Shown: positions 9,668-22,300, numbered from the stretch's first letter. The stretch is DNA of 64,000 nucleotides from Candidatus Helarchaeota archaeon (GCA_019058315.1 JAHPZH010000001.1:503536-567535), one strand, 5' to 3'. Notes: generated by a model from the letters alone, not told the origin. A program made the numbers and translations.

Positions 9668-10762
9668 TTGGACATCCTATTTGCTCATAATAAAAAAGAA
9701 GGAATAGAATTTATTGAGAGACTTAAAGGAAAAAATCCGGGATTTATTTGTGTTATTGGTAACACTGAAACTGCAAAAATATCTGGAATATCAGTTGCTG
9801 GAGCAAATCCAGAAATAACCGATTTTACTCCTGCGGCAGACTGTGAATTATTATATTTTGGAGAATGTAAATGTATTCCCGGTGTACCTATTACTCCAGA
9901 TGGGATTCCAACACCAGGTTTAATCACTATGTCTGCATTAAATTTGGCAGACCTATCTAAACTTGTCGTTATTGGTGGTGTGCGAGTATATCCCCAAATC
10001 CCCTATGTAGAGGTAGGAGGTTCTCCTGGGAGTGATATTAGAACTGGAAATGCAGTAAAAAATGTAAAAGAAGTTATTGGTAGGTCTATAATATTAGGAG
10101 AAAATTTAGCTGATTATTGCGATAAACTTAATTATTTGGTGATTGGAGAAAGTATTGCTGGAGGGACCACAACTACACTAGGTGTATTGAGTGCTATGGG
10201 CATAGAGGGAAAAGGTAAGGTGAGTTCCAGTATGCCTATTAATCCTCATAAATTAAAACAAGAAATAATTGAAGAAGGTATGAAATCAGCAAATCTTGAA
10301 TTTGGAAGCTGTAAAGATGATCCTATTAAGGCAATTGAATGTTTAGGAGATCCAATGATACCTGCTTGTGCGGGATTGGTCCTAGGTGCAGGAAAAAAAA
10401 TTCCTATCTTATTGGCTGGAGGTACCCAAATGACTAGTATATTAGCTGTGGTAAAAAAAATTAATCCTAAAATCCTAAAAAATCTAGCTATTGGTACCAC
10501 AAGATGGATTATTGAAGATGAACAATCTGATATTAAAGGAATTGTAGATCAAATAGAAACTATCCCCATTTTAGCCGTTAATCTCGATTTTAATAAATTA
10601 AAAGCTGAAGGTCTAAAGGCTTATGAAAAAGATATCGCTAAGGAAGGTGTGGGTGCTGGAGGTTCTTCTATTGCTGCTATTCTCAAAAATGAAAATATAA
10701 ATACAGATACACTGCTTGTAGAAATAGAGAAAAACTATGAAATTTTAATGACCAAAAAATAG
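9668..10762 (+). CDS. cobT: archaeal nicotinate-mononucleotide:lower-ligand phosphoribosyltransferase CobT (UPF0284 type)
   Basis: GNTETAKISGISVAGA, TPAADCE, PTPGLIT, GESIAGGTTT, SSSMP, LAGGTQM, KEGVGAGG. Confidence 0.88.
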   Translation: MDILFAHNKKEGIEFIERLKGKNPGFICVIGNTETAKISGISVAGANPEITDFTPAADCELLYFGECKCIPGVPITPDGIPTPGLITMSALNLADLSKLVVIGGVRVYPQIPYVEVGGSPGSDIRTGNAVKNVKEVIGRSIILGENLADYCDKLNYLVIGESIAGGTTTTLGVLSAMGIEGKGKVSSSMPINPHKLKQEIIEEGMKSANLEFGSCKDDPIKAIECLGDPMIPACAGLVLGAGKKIPILLAGGTQMTSILAVVKKINPKILKNLAIGTTRWIIEDEQSDIKGIVDQIETIPILAVNLDFNKLKAEGLKAYEKDIAKEGVGAGGSSIAAILKNENINTDTLLVEIEKNYEILMTKK

Positions 10763-10816
10763 GTTTTTATTAAATAAAATTAGAGTATATTAAAGAGATA
10801 TTTAATTCTTAAATAA

Positions 10817-11050
10817 TTATTCTACACTAGCTACTTTTTGTTTTTCTCTTTCATCTCTGAGAAAATCCACGTAACATTCTTTACATAATTTTAAGCCGTC
10901 TTTATTTTCCAAAAAAAAAGTTTTACCAATTTCTTTATCTTCTACATAATAGGACATTTTCTTTTGTCCACAGTACGGACATGTAATTTTACCTGCTTTA
11001 TAAAGTTTTTTTCCTTTATAGAAATTATCAAATTCATCATAAACTTTCAA
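10817..11050 (-). CDS. small zinc-finger protein
   Basis: CPYC...CKEC; TTG start. Confidence 0.6.
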   Translation of the reverse strand: MKVYDEFDNFYKGKKLYKAGKITCPYCGQKKMSYYVEDKEIGKTFFLENKDGLKLCKECYVDFLRDEREKQKVASVE

Positions 11051-11095
11051 AAATATCCCATCTTTATTTTTTTATCTAATAATGATTGAAGGAGT

Positions 11096-13264
11096 TCATA
11101 TTAAAATCTTTTTTTCCGTTAATAGCTCTTTAGCTTTTAAGGAAACTTTCTTATTCTTGTCATTGAGGCAAATTATTAGTGGGGGGATAATTCTATTAGA
11201 ATTAATCTTACTTAATTCATCGATTACTTCTAACTTTGTTTTCAAATCATTTTTTTGTAATTTTTTAATCTGTATCTTAATTTTAATATCATCTTCTATT
11301 TCAGATAATGCCCACAATATGGTACCTCGTAACTCTGCTTCTTCAGCCAGCTCCAATATTGGTTTTACAGCTTTTTTATTTCCAATTTTTCCTAAAGCCA
11401 AAATAATTTCTTTTTTACTATTAATTGGTTCATTATTTAATAAATCCAATAATTTATCTAGAGCCTCGGGATCTCGCAGAATCCCCAATGCCCTTATAGC
11501 TTCCAGTCTGACTAATTGGACATCATCCAGCTTTTTTAATAAATAATGTGAAATATTTTTATCTCCTATTAATCCCAAAATTTCAACAGTCTTTGCTCTA
11601 ATATTTGGATCATCGTCTTCTAATGTAGTTAATAAATTAGTTACGATTGACGGATCACTAATTTTTTCAAATGCATCCAGGACTTTTAATCTAATTTTAG
11701 GATTTGGATTGTCTAAAAATGGAATTAACGGTTCAATAGCTTCTCTGTCTCTTAATTTACCCAAAGAAATTATTGTTTCCCAGATTACGTTTTTATTTTC
11801 ACTATTTAATTTTTTAATTAATGGTGTAACTGCTAATGTATTACCTAACTCACCCAAAGCTCCAATAACCTTAGCTTGGACATCATAGGAATTATCATTT
11901 AAATGCAAAATTAAAGGTTTAATCGCCTCTTGGTCTCCAATTTTTCCTAACGCTTCGGCAACTTTTGCCCTTGTACATGAGTCTGATTCTTCAAAAATTT
12001 TTAAAAGTGGTTTGATTTTTGTTATACCAATATTACCAATAATTTCAATAATTTTAATTCTTATTAAAGGGTCTTCTTCCACCTTTAAAAGCTCAAGTAA
12101 TGAATAAGCAATAGTTTCAAACTGGTAAATTTCCTCTGGTGTCAATTGATCAAAAATTCTATGTATTTTCAAGAATGATAAATTAATTTTATCTAAAATT
12201 CTTAATTTAAATTCTAATGCCATGTTGGAGAAATTTTTAAATAACAAAAGATAGCCATCTATGTTTCCAATCTCTAATAAAATAAAAATTATTTTATCCA
12301 TCAATTCTCTATCTTTGAAATCCAGAGTTCTTTCAAAAAAAAGTAAAGTTTTTCGATTTTGGATGCAATTAAAAAACCAAAAAATTTTTTGCTTCACAAT
12401 AGAATTTGAAATATCAAATGATTTTAGTAAAGAATAAAGAATTCTTTCATTCACCTTTTTTTCTATTAGATAATTAATTTTTAATTTAACTTCATCATCT
12501 TCAGTATGGTAAATTCTATAAAGATAATCAATAAGGTTGAATTTATCATACAATTTCTCAAACCAATCCCCTTCTATGTCTGCATAATCAATTAGAGCTT
12601 TAAGTTGAATATAAATCTGAAATTCATACAAATCTTCGTCTTCAATTAATTTGTAAATAATTTCCAAAATTTCATCTAATCTGATTTTTAAGAGTGTTGA
12701 CGAGGCAAAACCATTGTCAATTAAAATATTAAATGCTTGATGGATAATATTCAAATCAAAAGATTCATATACTGGAATAGTTTCCCAAAAAAAAGCATCT
12801 AGATTAGAAATTGTGACCGAAAGTTCATCCCAATTAGATAACTTGATTTTTCTTGATTCTATCTTCTCCCCTTCTATGGAATAATCAATAAGAATTTTAT
12901 AACATCCAATTTTGCTTATAATCTTCTTTTTTTCAGGAGTTTCGACAAATACTCTCAATTCTAATTCATTTTTTTCAAATCGAAGGGCAAATCGGGCTTG
13001 TATTTCTTGATCTTCAAAAAAAGCTGGAGATAAAATATAAGCCTTATTTTTTATTTTTTCAATTTTCCACCTAGTTTTAGTCCAATAACTAGTTCTAAAA
13101 ACTTTATCACTAATTCTGGAACCAAAAAGGGTCTCAGCTTCTCCTGAAAAAAAACCTAAACTGCCTAAATATAATTTAAATTCCCGATCTTTTACTAATT
13201 TATCAAATGATAATTTTTTAAATTTTGCTACTTGAAGATCGTATATTTTCGCTTTATAATCCAT
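11096..13264 (-). CDS. HEAT/PBS-lyase repeat protein
   Basis: The C-terminal half has about 9 repeats of the type R.K..EALGKIGD..AI.PLI..L.D. Confidence 0.88.
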   Translation of the reverse strand: MDYKAKIYDLQVAKFKKLSFDKLVKDREFKLYLGSLGFFSGEAETLFGSRISDKVFRTSYWTKTRWKIEKIKNKAYILSPAFFEDQEIQARFALRFEKNELELRVFVETPEKKKIISKIGCYKILIDYSIEGEKIESRKIKLSNWDELSVTISNLDAFFWETIPVYESFDLNIIHQAFNILIDNGFASSTLLKIRLDEILEIIYKLIEDEDLYEFQIYIQLKALIDYADIEGDWFEKLYDKFNLIDYLYRIYHTEDDEVKLKINYLIEKKVNERILYSLLKSFDISNSIVKQKIFWFFNCIQNRKTLLFFERTLDFKDRELMDKIIFILLEIGNIDGYLLLFKNFSNMALEFKLRILDKINLSFLKIHRIFDQLTPEEIYQFETIAYSLLELLKVEEDPLIRIKIIEIIGNIGITKIKPLLKIFEESDSCTRAKVAEALGKIGDQEAIKPLILHLNDNSYDVQAKVIGALGELGNTLAVTPLIKKLNSENKNVIWETIISLGKLRDREAIEPLIPFLDNPNPKIRLKVLDAFEKISDPSIVTNLLTTLEDDDPNIRAKTVEILGLIGDKNISHYLLKKLDDVQLVRLEAIRALGILRDPEALDKLLDLLNNEPINSKKEIILALGKIGNKKAVKPILELAEEAELRGTILWALSEIEDDIKIKIQIKKLQKNDLKTKLEVIDELSKINSNRIIPPLIICLNDKNKKVSLKAKELLTEKKILI

Positions 13265-13363
13265 CTAAATCGCAATTAATAATCTAATAGAAATAAATAA
13301 AATTATAAGATGCAACTAAGGAAAAATTATAAACCATATTTATGATTTGAAAAACCACAGAAT

Positions 13364-14191
13364 TTATTCTTTAAGCTCTTTATTATATTCTTTTAAAGTT
13401 TCTTGAACTTCCCAATTTTTATGTATAATTCTACATAATGCCCTTACCAGTACTGTTGGATTCTCTGATTGAAATACATTTCGACCATATGCAACACCTG
13501 CTCCCCCTGCTTCAATAGAATCTTTAGTCATTTTCAATAATTGTTCTATCGGACTACCACGAGCATTTTCTTTTATTTTAGGTCCCCCAGCAATGACAAC
13601 GGGGGCTCCACACCCTGCAGTAACTTCTTTAAAAGTTTCAATTGAGCCCGTATAATTTGTTTTTACGATATCCACTCCAAGTTCAGCAGCAATTCTAGCT
13701 ACATGTTTAACAACTTTTACATCGTGTTCATTTATCTCATGCCCTCGTGGATACATCATCGCTAAAAGTGGCATGCTCCATTCAAAAGCTTTGCTTGATA
13801 CTTTTCCTAATGTGGATAACATTTCATGTTCTCGTTCATCTCCGATATTGATATGGACAGAAACTGCGTCTGCTCCAAATTTGATAGCATCTTCAATTGA
13901 AGTAACTTGAATTTTAGAATTTGGATATGGACCTAGACTAGTGCTTGCACTTAAATGTATTATTAACCCTACATCTTTACCATGTTTCCTATGGCCATAA
14001 ATTGGTAGACCGATATGACCCAGTACAGCATTCGCTCCTCCTTCAGCAACTTTATCAACCATTTCACCTAGATCAATAAGTCCTTTTATTGGACCAGCAC
14101 CCATACCATGATCCATTGGTATTATAATGGTCCTTCTCGTATTCCTATTAATAATTCGTTCAAGCCTAATTGCTTTTCCAATTGAACTCAA
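13364..14191 (-). CDS. aroA': 2-amino-3,7-dideoxy-D-threo-hept-6-ulosonate synthase (DhnA-type class I aldolase)
   Basis: GKAIRLERI, PMDHG, HLSAST, GADAVSVH, MMYPRG, DIVKTNY, AGGPK, GRNVFQ; matches the MJ0400-type family. Confidence 0.85.
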   Translation of the reverse strand: MSSIGKAIRLERIINRNTRRTIIIPMDHGMGAGPIKGLIDLGEMVDKVAEGGANAVLGHIGLPIYGHRKHGKDVGLIIHLSASTSLGPYPNSKIQVTSIEDAIKFGADAVSVHINIGDEREHEMLSTLGKVSSKAFEWSMPLLAMMYPRGHEINEHDVKVVKHVARIAAELGVDIVKTNYTGSIETFKEVTAGCGAPVVIAGGPKIKENARGSPIEQLLKMTKDSIEAGGAGVAYGRNVFQSENPTVLVRALCRIIHKNWEVQETLKEYNKELKE

Positions 14192-14277
14192 TGAATTTCA
14201 CCAAATAGGATTTCAATTTTAAATTATAAAAATGTTGATAATATTTGGATTTAAAAAATTAAAAATATTTTAAGTTG

Positions 14278-15483
14278 TTAAATTACTTTTTTCTGTTTCA
14301 ATTCTTGGATTTCTGATTCTTTATAACCCAATTCTGTTAAAATTTCTTCGGTATGTTGTCCCATTGGAGGTGCAGCAAATAGAAAAGATGCTGGAGTATC
14401 TGACATTTTTATTGGGAAACCAATTTGTTTCATGGTCTTTCCTTCACCAAGAGGAACTTTAATAATCATCTCTCTATGTTTTACTTGGGGATCATCTTCA
14501 ACTTCCCAAATCTCATTCATAGGAGCGACGCATGTGTCAACTTTCCTCAATTCATCTAACCAAGTATCCCGATCTTTTGTTTTAAAGATCTCTCCGAATT
14601 TTTTAAAAATCGCCTCTTGATCACCCTCTCCAAAAAACTCAGTTGCACTTTTTGAAAGATCTTCAATTCCCAACACTTTTACTAAGTTGTTGTAAAATTT
14701 AGGTTCTAATGCTCCTATGGTAATAAATTTCCCATCTTTACACTCATATATGTGATATTCAGGAAGTGCTCCAGATAAATTTAATCTTCCTGGTTCTGGT
14801 TTTATATTATCTACCAAGTATGAAGCTAAAATCATTGGTAAGTAACTTAAAGTTCCATCCATCATAGCAATATCAATATATTGGCCACGACCAGTTCTTT
14901 CTCTAGCAACAAGTGCAGCTAATATACCAATAACCGAATGGAGTCCTCCACCAAACATATCTCCTATCTGAACTCCAGGAACTACCGGTTTTCTAGTAGT
15001 TCTGTCCCTAGTTACAGATGCTACACCAGATACACCAATATAATTTAAATCATGTCCCGCATAATCCCTATAAGGACCATCTTGACCATATCCTGTTATT
15101 GAACAATAAATTATTCTCGGATTTATCTTTGAAATTGTTTCATAATCAATTCCTAGTTTTTTTACTACTCCTGGACGATATTGCTCTACAATTACGTCTG
15201 CTGTTTTTGCTAATTTTAAAAAAATTTCTCTTCCTTCATTTGTTTTTAAATTTAATGAAAGATTTTTTTTATTACGATTTAAGTTATGATAGAAATAACT
15301 TTCTCCACGTTTAGTCCCAGGAACTTCCACTAATGGGGGAAAAAATCGTACAGCGTCTATCCTTACTTTAGATTCAATTTTTATAACTTCCGCACCAAAA
15401 TCCGAAAGATATCTTGTACCAAAAGGTCCGGGAAATAACATTGTTAAGTCTAAAACTCTAATTCCCTCTAATGCTAATGTCAT
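14278..15483 (-). CDS. CaiB/BaiF class III CoA-transferase (AMACR-like)
   Basis: LEGIRVLDL..PGP, DFGAEVIKIE, NRNKK, YRPGV, GYGQDGPY, GHDLNY, catalytic GD. Confidence 0.93.
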   Translation of the reverse strand: MTLALEGIRVLDLTMLFPGPFGTRYLSDFGAEVIKIESKVRIDAVRFFPPLVEVPGTKRGESYFYHNLNRNKKNLSLNLKTNEGREIFLKLAKTADVIVEQYRPGVVKKLGIDYETISKINPRIIYCSITGYGQDGPYRDYAGHDLNYIGVSGVASVTRDRTTRKPVVPGVQIGDMFGGGLHSVIGILAALVARERTGRGQYIDIAMMDGTLSYLPMILASYLVDNIKPEPGRLNLSGALPEYHIYECKDGKFITIGALEPKFYNNLVKVLGIEDLSKSATEFFGEGDQEAIFKKFGEIFKTKDRDTWLDELRKVDTCVAPMNEIWEVEDDPQVKHREMIIKVPLGEGKTMKQIGFPIKMSDTPASFLFAAPPMGQHTEEILTELGYKESEIQELKQKKVI

Positions 15484-15511
15484 ATTTATCTTCTCATTTA
15501 ATTTTTTAATA

Positions 15512-15529
15512 ATGTTTTTATAAAAACAT
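15512..15529. promoter_or_regulatory. 18-bp palindrome over the TATA box of the CoA-transferase gene
   Basis: ATGTTTTTATAAAAACAT is perfectly self-complementary and lies 29-46 nt upstream of the 15483 start. Confidence 0.4.
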
Positions 15530-15636
15530 ATTACAGAATTAATTTATTTTAAAATTATCTTGTAAATAATTTTTTTATTATTTCACATCTGTAATAAACA
15601 GTTATAACAATTTTTCCTTTAATATTAACTTCTTTT

Positions 15637-15858
15637 CTATTGTTTATAAGCTAACTTTATATCAGAGTCGATAATGGTTTTTCTACGAGCATGCTCTGCC
15701 AAATCTCTCGCCATAATAGCAATCTCAATTCCAATTTCTTCTAAAATTGTTCCCAACATTCTAACCGCCTTTTCAGAAACTCTATCTGCTTTTGCTTCTC
15801 TTATGAGACGATCAATTGGTGCTAATGGAAGTATCTTTTCTCTACTTCTTTGAGTCAA
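15637..15858 (-). CDS. archaeal histone (HMf-like)
   Basis: LPLAPIDRLIR..ADRVS..A......LEE....IA..A..LAEHARRKTI...DI.LA; TTG start with AGGTGA RBS. Confidence 0.95.
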   Translation of the reverse strand: MTQRSREKILPLAPIDRLIREAKADRVSEKAVRMLGTILEEIGIEIAIMARDLAEHARRKTIIDSDIKLAYKQ

Positions 15859-15919
15859 AAAATCACCTTTTATAATTGCAAATAAAATGAGAATTAAAAT
15901 AAGAATGTTAAATTATTTT

Positions 15920-16324
15920 TTATTCTTGCTTTTTACGTTCTTTAATATCTTCTAATTCAATAATATCTTGCATTCTTTTCAATTCTTTTGATTCTGCGAG
16001 ATCTTTCAGTTCTTTTAATCTGAGCTCAAGGTTTTTTTCTAAATAATTTGTTGTATTAATGATCTTTTGAATATCAGGGTCTTTTTTTCTTAAATCAGAT
16101 GCTATATCCCAAATATCATCACCAATTGTTTTACCTTCTTTAAGCAATGTTATTAGCCCTTTTTCATATAATGTTACCAAAAATTGTAGTAATTCTAACA
16201 GAGTTATTTTAAATTCATTTGCGATTTTTTTAGCAGGAACTCCAACATATCTATGTTTTGAAAGATAATAGAATATTTTTCCCTCAAATGTGAAAAAATC
16301 TGGAAGTCTTTTCTTTTTAAGCAT
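15920..16324 (-). CDS. hypothetical protein, probable winged-helix plus coiled coil
   Basis: IFYYL...KIANEFKI...LVTLYEKGLI pattern; directly follows the giant gene. Confidence 0.6.
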   Translation of the reverse strand: MLKKKRLPDFFTFEGKIFYYLSKHRYVGVPAKKIANEFKITLLELLQFLVTLYEKGLITLLKEGKTIGDDIWDIASDLRKKDPDIQKIINTTNYLEKNLELRLKELKDLAESKELKRMQDIIELEDIKERKKQE

Positions 16325-16344
16325 TGAATATACTCCATTAATAT

Positions 16345-19300
16345 TTATGAATCTCCAAATAATACTACTTTTAATTTGTCTTTTTTCTTTTTAACTCTAG
16401 GTTTCTTTTTTATTCTTTTTTTCAGCCAACTACCTGATCTTCTAGCTGCATTGATGCTTGGTGAAAATACTGCTGAAAACATATTATTAAGGACTGCTGC
16501 CAATTTGCTTGGTTTTCCTAATTTTCTCCAAAACGGTAATAGTAATAGAGTTGAAAATGTCATATCGAAGAATGAATTTTTCTTTAGCTTATCAAAACAT
16601 TCATCAGTATACCATCTAGGTCTAACTTCCTCTCTGAGTCTTCCTCTAAAATTTTTTAATCGATTATATTGGGTCTTATTTATCGTACCTCTCTCCAACG
16701 ACCTCTTCCATAACTTTTGCCTCCCCTTTAACCATGTAATTAGATTTTTATAAGCTAATCTTTGAATTTCATAAGATGTACGTCTTTTAAAATACAACCA
16801 TTCGACAATTAAGGCAAAGAAGACAATAAATATTATATAAATAAGGGGATCAGATAAAAATTGCTGAGTAGGTGTTGGTTCTAGTGGTGTTAAAGGTAAA
16901 AATGGAACCCTTATTGTGTAAACTTGAAAAACTGGATAAGTTATAGAATATGAGAATGAGGTAGATACGGGTTCGTAAGTAACTTTTGGATGAATAACAG
17001 ATACATCTGCCCAATAAGTAATATTGAGTGTTCCATTTAGATCTCTAACTTCAAAGAAAATAGTTCTGCCTCTCCAGTCAATGCTAGAGTTTTTTTGCTC
17101 GAAAGGATTAATTTCTATGAAGGGTTTAAATCTTAATTCTCCTGAATCATTATCATACGTTAAATCTAACATATCTAGAGTCAAATTATAATAATCATTG
17201 TCCAAAATATTAATGTAGTCTTGACCATTCCACATGTAAAACCTACATTGATTCATTGTAATAGTATTGTTATCATCTTTTAAAATAACAACAAAATAAT
17301 TCAATCTTAATAGATCTTTGCTATCATTGTTGTAGATTTCGAACCAAGTTAAATTTCTGGATCCAAAGTCAATGGGTTCTGTTGTATTTTTTTGAATAAT
17401 TTCATAATTTGGATTATAACCAGGTTCTCTAACTTCCGGCTTACCTGTATATTCTCTCTGAGCTAAAGTAACTTGCCCAACTTCATCTAATGCCATAATA
17501 GTTTGTATTTGATAAATCATTAAATTAAATAATCCTATTCCACTAGGAATCTGAACATCAGCTAAATCTTCAAGATTGATATCCATTCCGTCCATTCCAA
17601 AATCCAACATAGAATCTAGTCCAAGGTTCATATCTGTATCCATGCCCATAAAATCTTCCATAACTTCATCCAAATCATCATATATCATCTCAAATATTCT
17701 ATCACTTAAATCATAATGGAATGTAATTGAATCTTTAGTAGTACAAAATTGAAATGTAGGAATTTGTCCAGTTATTTGATGTGTCCAAAGAATCGAAATA
17801 TTTGAAGTATCTGTTATATTTAAGCAATAAACCAAATTCTCATCTGAGCCAATTACTATTTCTGGTATGCTATCATTAGTTACATCCCCTACTGTAATAC
17901 TCTTAATCTCACCAGTGATATTATATATCCATAAAAGCTGACCGTCTGTCCCATTTAATGAATAAAGGTTATTGTCACTAGACGCAGCTAAAATTTCTTT
18001 TTTTCCATCTAAATCAATATCTTCTATTACTAAATCGTCAATAGGACCATTAGTTTCATAAGCCCACAGAAATTCTCCTGTATCTCCTTCATATATATAA
18101 ATTTTCTTATTTCCTGATCCAACTATAATCTCTTTAATTCCATCATTATCAAGATCTTCAACCATTAATTTAGTAACAACTCCCATTGTCAATTGACTAT
18201 CCCATAGATTTGAACCATTTAATAGATCATGAGAATATAAAATTCCATTCATATTAATAAAAATTAATTCCTTATTACCATCATTTTCTATATCTGCGAC
18301 TTCAAATGATTGTCCAATCCAACCCGAAGAAATTTCCCACTCTTTGTTTTGATTATTTGTATTGTTAAACACCAATCTTAATTCTGGGGTTGTTTCTAGT
18401 GTACCATTTATTGCGTAAACCTTATCCTCAGTAAATATTAGTAGCATATAGAAATTGGGATTTAGTGCATCTGAGCAATTTATTATGTATGGTGTTTGGA
18501 TTATACCCAGATTTGGACCTATGTAGGTATGATTTATGTATGTTGTCCCATTAAAGAATTGAGTTTCATTTAGTAGGTCTTCTCGTGAATCTATTAGATT
18601 TCCTGTATAATTTATAAGATATGTGAAGGAACTTGCATTTGAAAAATAATAATATTTTATATAGACTGTATCATTAGGCGTATCCAAATCCCTTCCTAAG
18701 GTTATATTATATCCATAAATCGAGCCACCAGGAAAATAATTAATACCTGTCTGATCAGATTCATTCCATACTCCGATTATAGTTTTTGGATAAAAATCCA
18801 TTGTAACAGTAGTAGCACTCTTTTTTGTATAATTTATTACCAAATCTGTTTGATTTGAGTTAAGATCTGGGCCGAGATGTATTGTTCTACCAACAAAATA
18901 CGCTCCAGCACTTTCATTATAATAGTTAGTTGCACCTGGAAATGGTTCTTTACTTGTAAAATCAAACTCACTCCGATTCCAAACTCCGATAATCGCTTGG
19001 GTTTCATAAGTGCTTATATTATAATTAACTTCTACAGTGCGATTATCTATCGAAGTTTGATTTTCTAATATATTTTCAGTAAAAATAGTTGAATTTTGTG
19101 TTTCATTTGCCATAAGCCATTGATTATCGATATTTAATACATTTGCTCTTATAATATTATTATCATCAAATGACATATCAATTATAGGACCCTCAGTCCT
19201 AAAATCCCATAAAAGATCCCTATTACTACTATTCAAAGCTCTAATTTCATATGTGGGGTAAAAACCATTTACTGCGACAATCGTATCATTTTCATTATCA

Positions 19301-22300
19301 TTATTAATATCCTTAATTAATATAGGATTCAAATTTAATCCCTTTGGAAAGTCTGAATATTGTGTGTAATTTTGGAAAATTGCATAATCTTCTAATCCCA
19401 AAAATGATTGAAGGGATAAAGTCTCTAATATTTGGTTTAGAGCGGAAGTACCTTGATTAATTGTTATATTTGTAACAAATCTCGAATGTACCCTAGGATC
19501 TGTATAAATTTTACATTGAGTTAAAAATTCGTAATTTCCAAATTGAGTCAAGAGATCCATATCAGTTGTAAGACCAGTAGGTAATGGTATATCCATCGAT
19601 GGTGTGGGTTCAAAGGGAGACGTTGTTAAATTTAACATTTCATCAAAAGAAGAAAATAAATTTATGATATCAAATTGTGAAACAAATATTATAGGTTTAT
19701 ATGGTCCAATATCTGGTGAGATAGTGGAATTTAAAATTAAAATTTGCTTAGATAAAGACATTGTAAGATTTCCTATTATTCTAATCAATGGACTAGTTCT
19801 TATGTCAAATAAATGTGCAATGAATGGATATATTGCAGGTAAGGTTTGATTTTGTCCTGGAAATGCATATTGATACGGTGGAACATTTGTTATATTAAAT
19901 CCAAATAAAGGATCAGCAAACATATAAAATGAATAATTTACTACAAGGTCAAGTGGGTGACCAATGGGAACTTTGAATGTTATATTATTTCCTTCATAAG
20001 TTCCTTTTAATGCAGGGTTACCAGGAACTGGATCATATAAATTAGTTGCACCTGCTAATGGTAAACCAGTTGTATAATTGAATTGAGACCTATCCCAAAC
20101 TCCAATAACTCCACTTAATGGATCAGCTGTTTCAGCACTTATCCTTTGTGACACATTTGTTAGATAATCGTTAATAGATGTGGTATTCTCAATAGTGTTT
20201 AATGTAAGTTGGAATAATGATGGACCAGTTCCATTATATACATATGTTAAATTTTCTACTCTTGGTGGATAGGAAATAAAGACATTCTGTAGCTGGATCT
20301 CTACATATAAATTAGTAGTTGACTCACTCGTTACTGTTAAATTGGCAAATACTTTTACATTCAAATCATAAATATCAAAAGGTTTAAGAATTACGTGGAA
20401 TTTATCATCTTTACCCATAATAACTAGATCTGAATATCCATCACCATCTAAATCTCCCGATGCTAATCCTTTAATTCCATAGTCGGTTGTGTTTAAATTA
20501 TACTCCAAAATTTTACTAAATTTATTGTTTCCAACACTTTCATAAAATAAAATACTTCCATTCTCAGTAGCGGTTATAATTTCATTTTTATCATCCAAAT
20601 CAAAATCTTCTAATATTAAATTAGTGATAGATGTGGCATTGGAAATTTCTGAACTAATATTAATGGATGAGGTATGTATATATCCCTCTAAAGTCTTGAT
20701 TATGATAGTTTGCGTAGGATCTGTATCATTATTAATTACTTGTGTAGAAATATTAGGTTTAAATATATTAATCCATGTTTCATTATGGGTAATTATTTCT
20801 ATATTATTATCCGAATCAGAATCACCTGTTATTATACCTAAATTATAATTTGATAAATTTTTTAATGGCATAAAACCCAAACTGGTATTTTCAAATATTG
20901 AAATCTGCGTATTATTTGAACATAGAATTTCTTCACGTGTATCTTGGTCTGTATCTCCATGAGCAAGAGAATAACATGAACCATCTATATTTTTTGACCA
21001 TTTTTTAGACCAATTAATCATTCCACTTTCCCAAGTACCATTTATAACATATACTGAACCATTATCTAAACCAATAACAAACTCATCATTAGCATCTTTA
21101 TCCAAATTAAGACCATCTTCTACTAACAAAGATAGAATTCCACCATTTTGAAATGCAATATTATAAGATTCAAAGTTACTCAAATCTAACGTCGTATTAA
21201 ATTCAAAAAAAGTTAAATTTCCCTTTCCATCATTATCAGTAAGTCCAACAAATAATTCTTTATTATTGTCTTGATCCATATCTCCAGTCCCAATACATTT
21301 ATGATTAACTGTTCCATTTAATGGAGGTGAATCCCAAATTGATAGATATTGGTCTCCTTGCCTTTGGAATATTGAGATATTAGTATAATCATTACCAGCT
21401 TGTGTCCAATTATATGCAACGATAATTTCAGAAACTCCACTTTTATCCAAATCATTACTTACTGCTATAGCAGTGAGATTTCCTGTAAATAGAGGACTAT
21501 CCCATGTATTATTTTCAGCTAGCGAAAAATTGTATAATTCTATATCAACAGGGTTTCCCAACAAAGCAAGTAACTGTGAACCAATTGCTTGAACCGTAGA
21601 ATTTTCAATTAAATCTAATTCATCCGATATGATATCCTCTCCAAAAGGATATCCAATTAAAATCGATGAATTCAATATACCTCGAATATTTTCAAAAGCT
21701 ATTAGATTTCTAATTAAACCTGGTCCATTAATCATATTATCCAATAATTCGGTAATTGAAAATCCTTCAATATGAACTAGTGTATTCAGAATAGTATTAA
21801 ATACTGTATAATCAGTCATCAAAATTCCTGTTAATAATTCGAGTAACGGGGATAACATAGTAACTTGATCCAGCATTGATTCAATAGTTAAATATGCCCA
21901 GTACCCTTCTAAACCTGTAACTAACCCTAACATTGCATTTAAAGCACTAATTGCTGCATAAAATGTTTCTGGACTTCTAATTATGTCTATCCGTAGAGGT
22001 TCAAACTCAAGAAGTCCCCAACCCCCTCCCTCTATTATTTGAACAGTTGTATTAAAAATAATTGGATCGTCACCCAAAAGTCCGAGAAAGGTAATTTGAT
22101 TTACACCACTAATCTCATTACTCATAATTGGAGGAGTTGAGAATCTAGGTTCTCCCAAAATATCCAACGGAAGCGCCAGCGTAACCATGGCAATATTAAT
22201 AGGCTGAACTGTATCAGTGGTTACAAATAATCCTCCACCATTGTTAGTTAGGGTTATAGAAATTGTTAAATTTGAATCTATTGGTGTTTGTAATTTAAAG

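Noticed and set aside
15637-15858. Histone with a eukaryote-like N-terminal tail
   Set aside because: The extension is only about 8 residues (TQRSREKI) with a single Lys, too short to call a tail.
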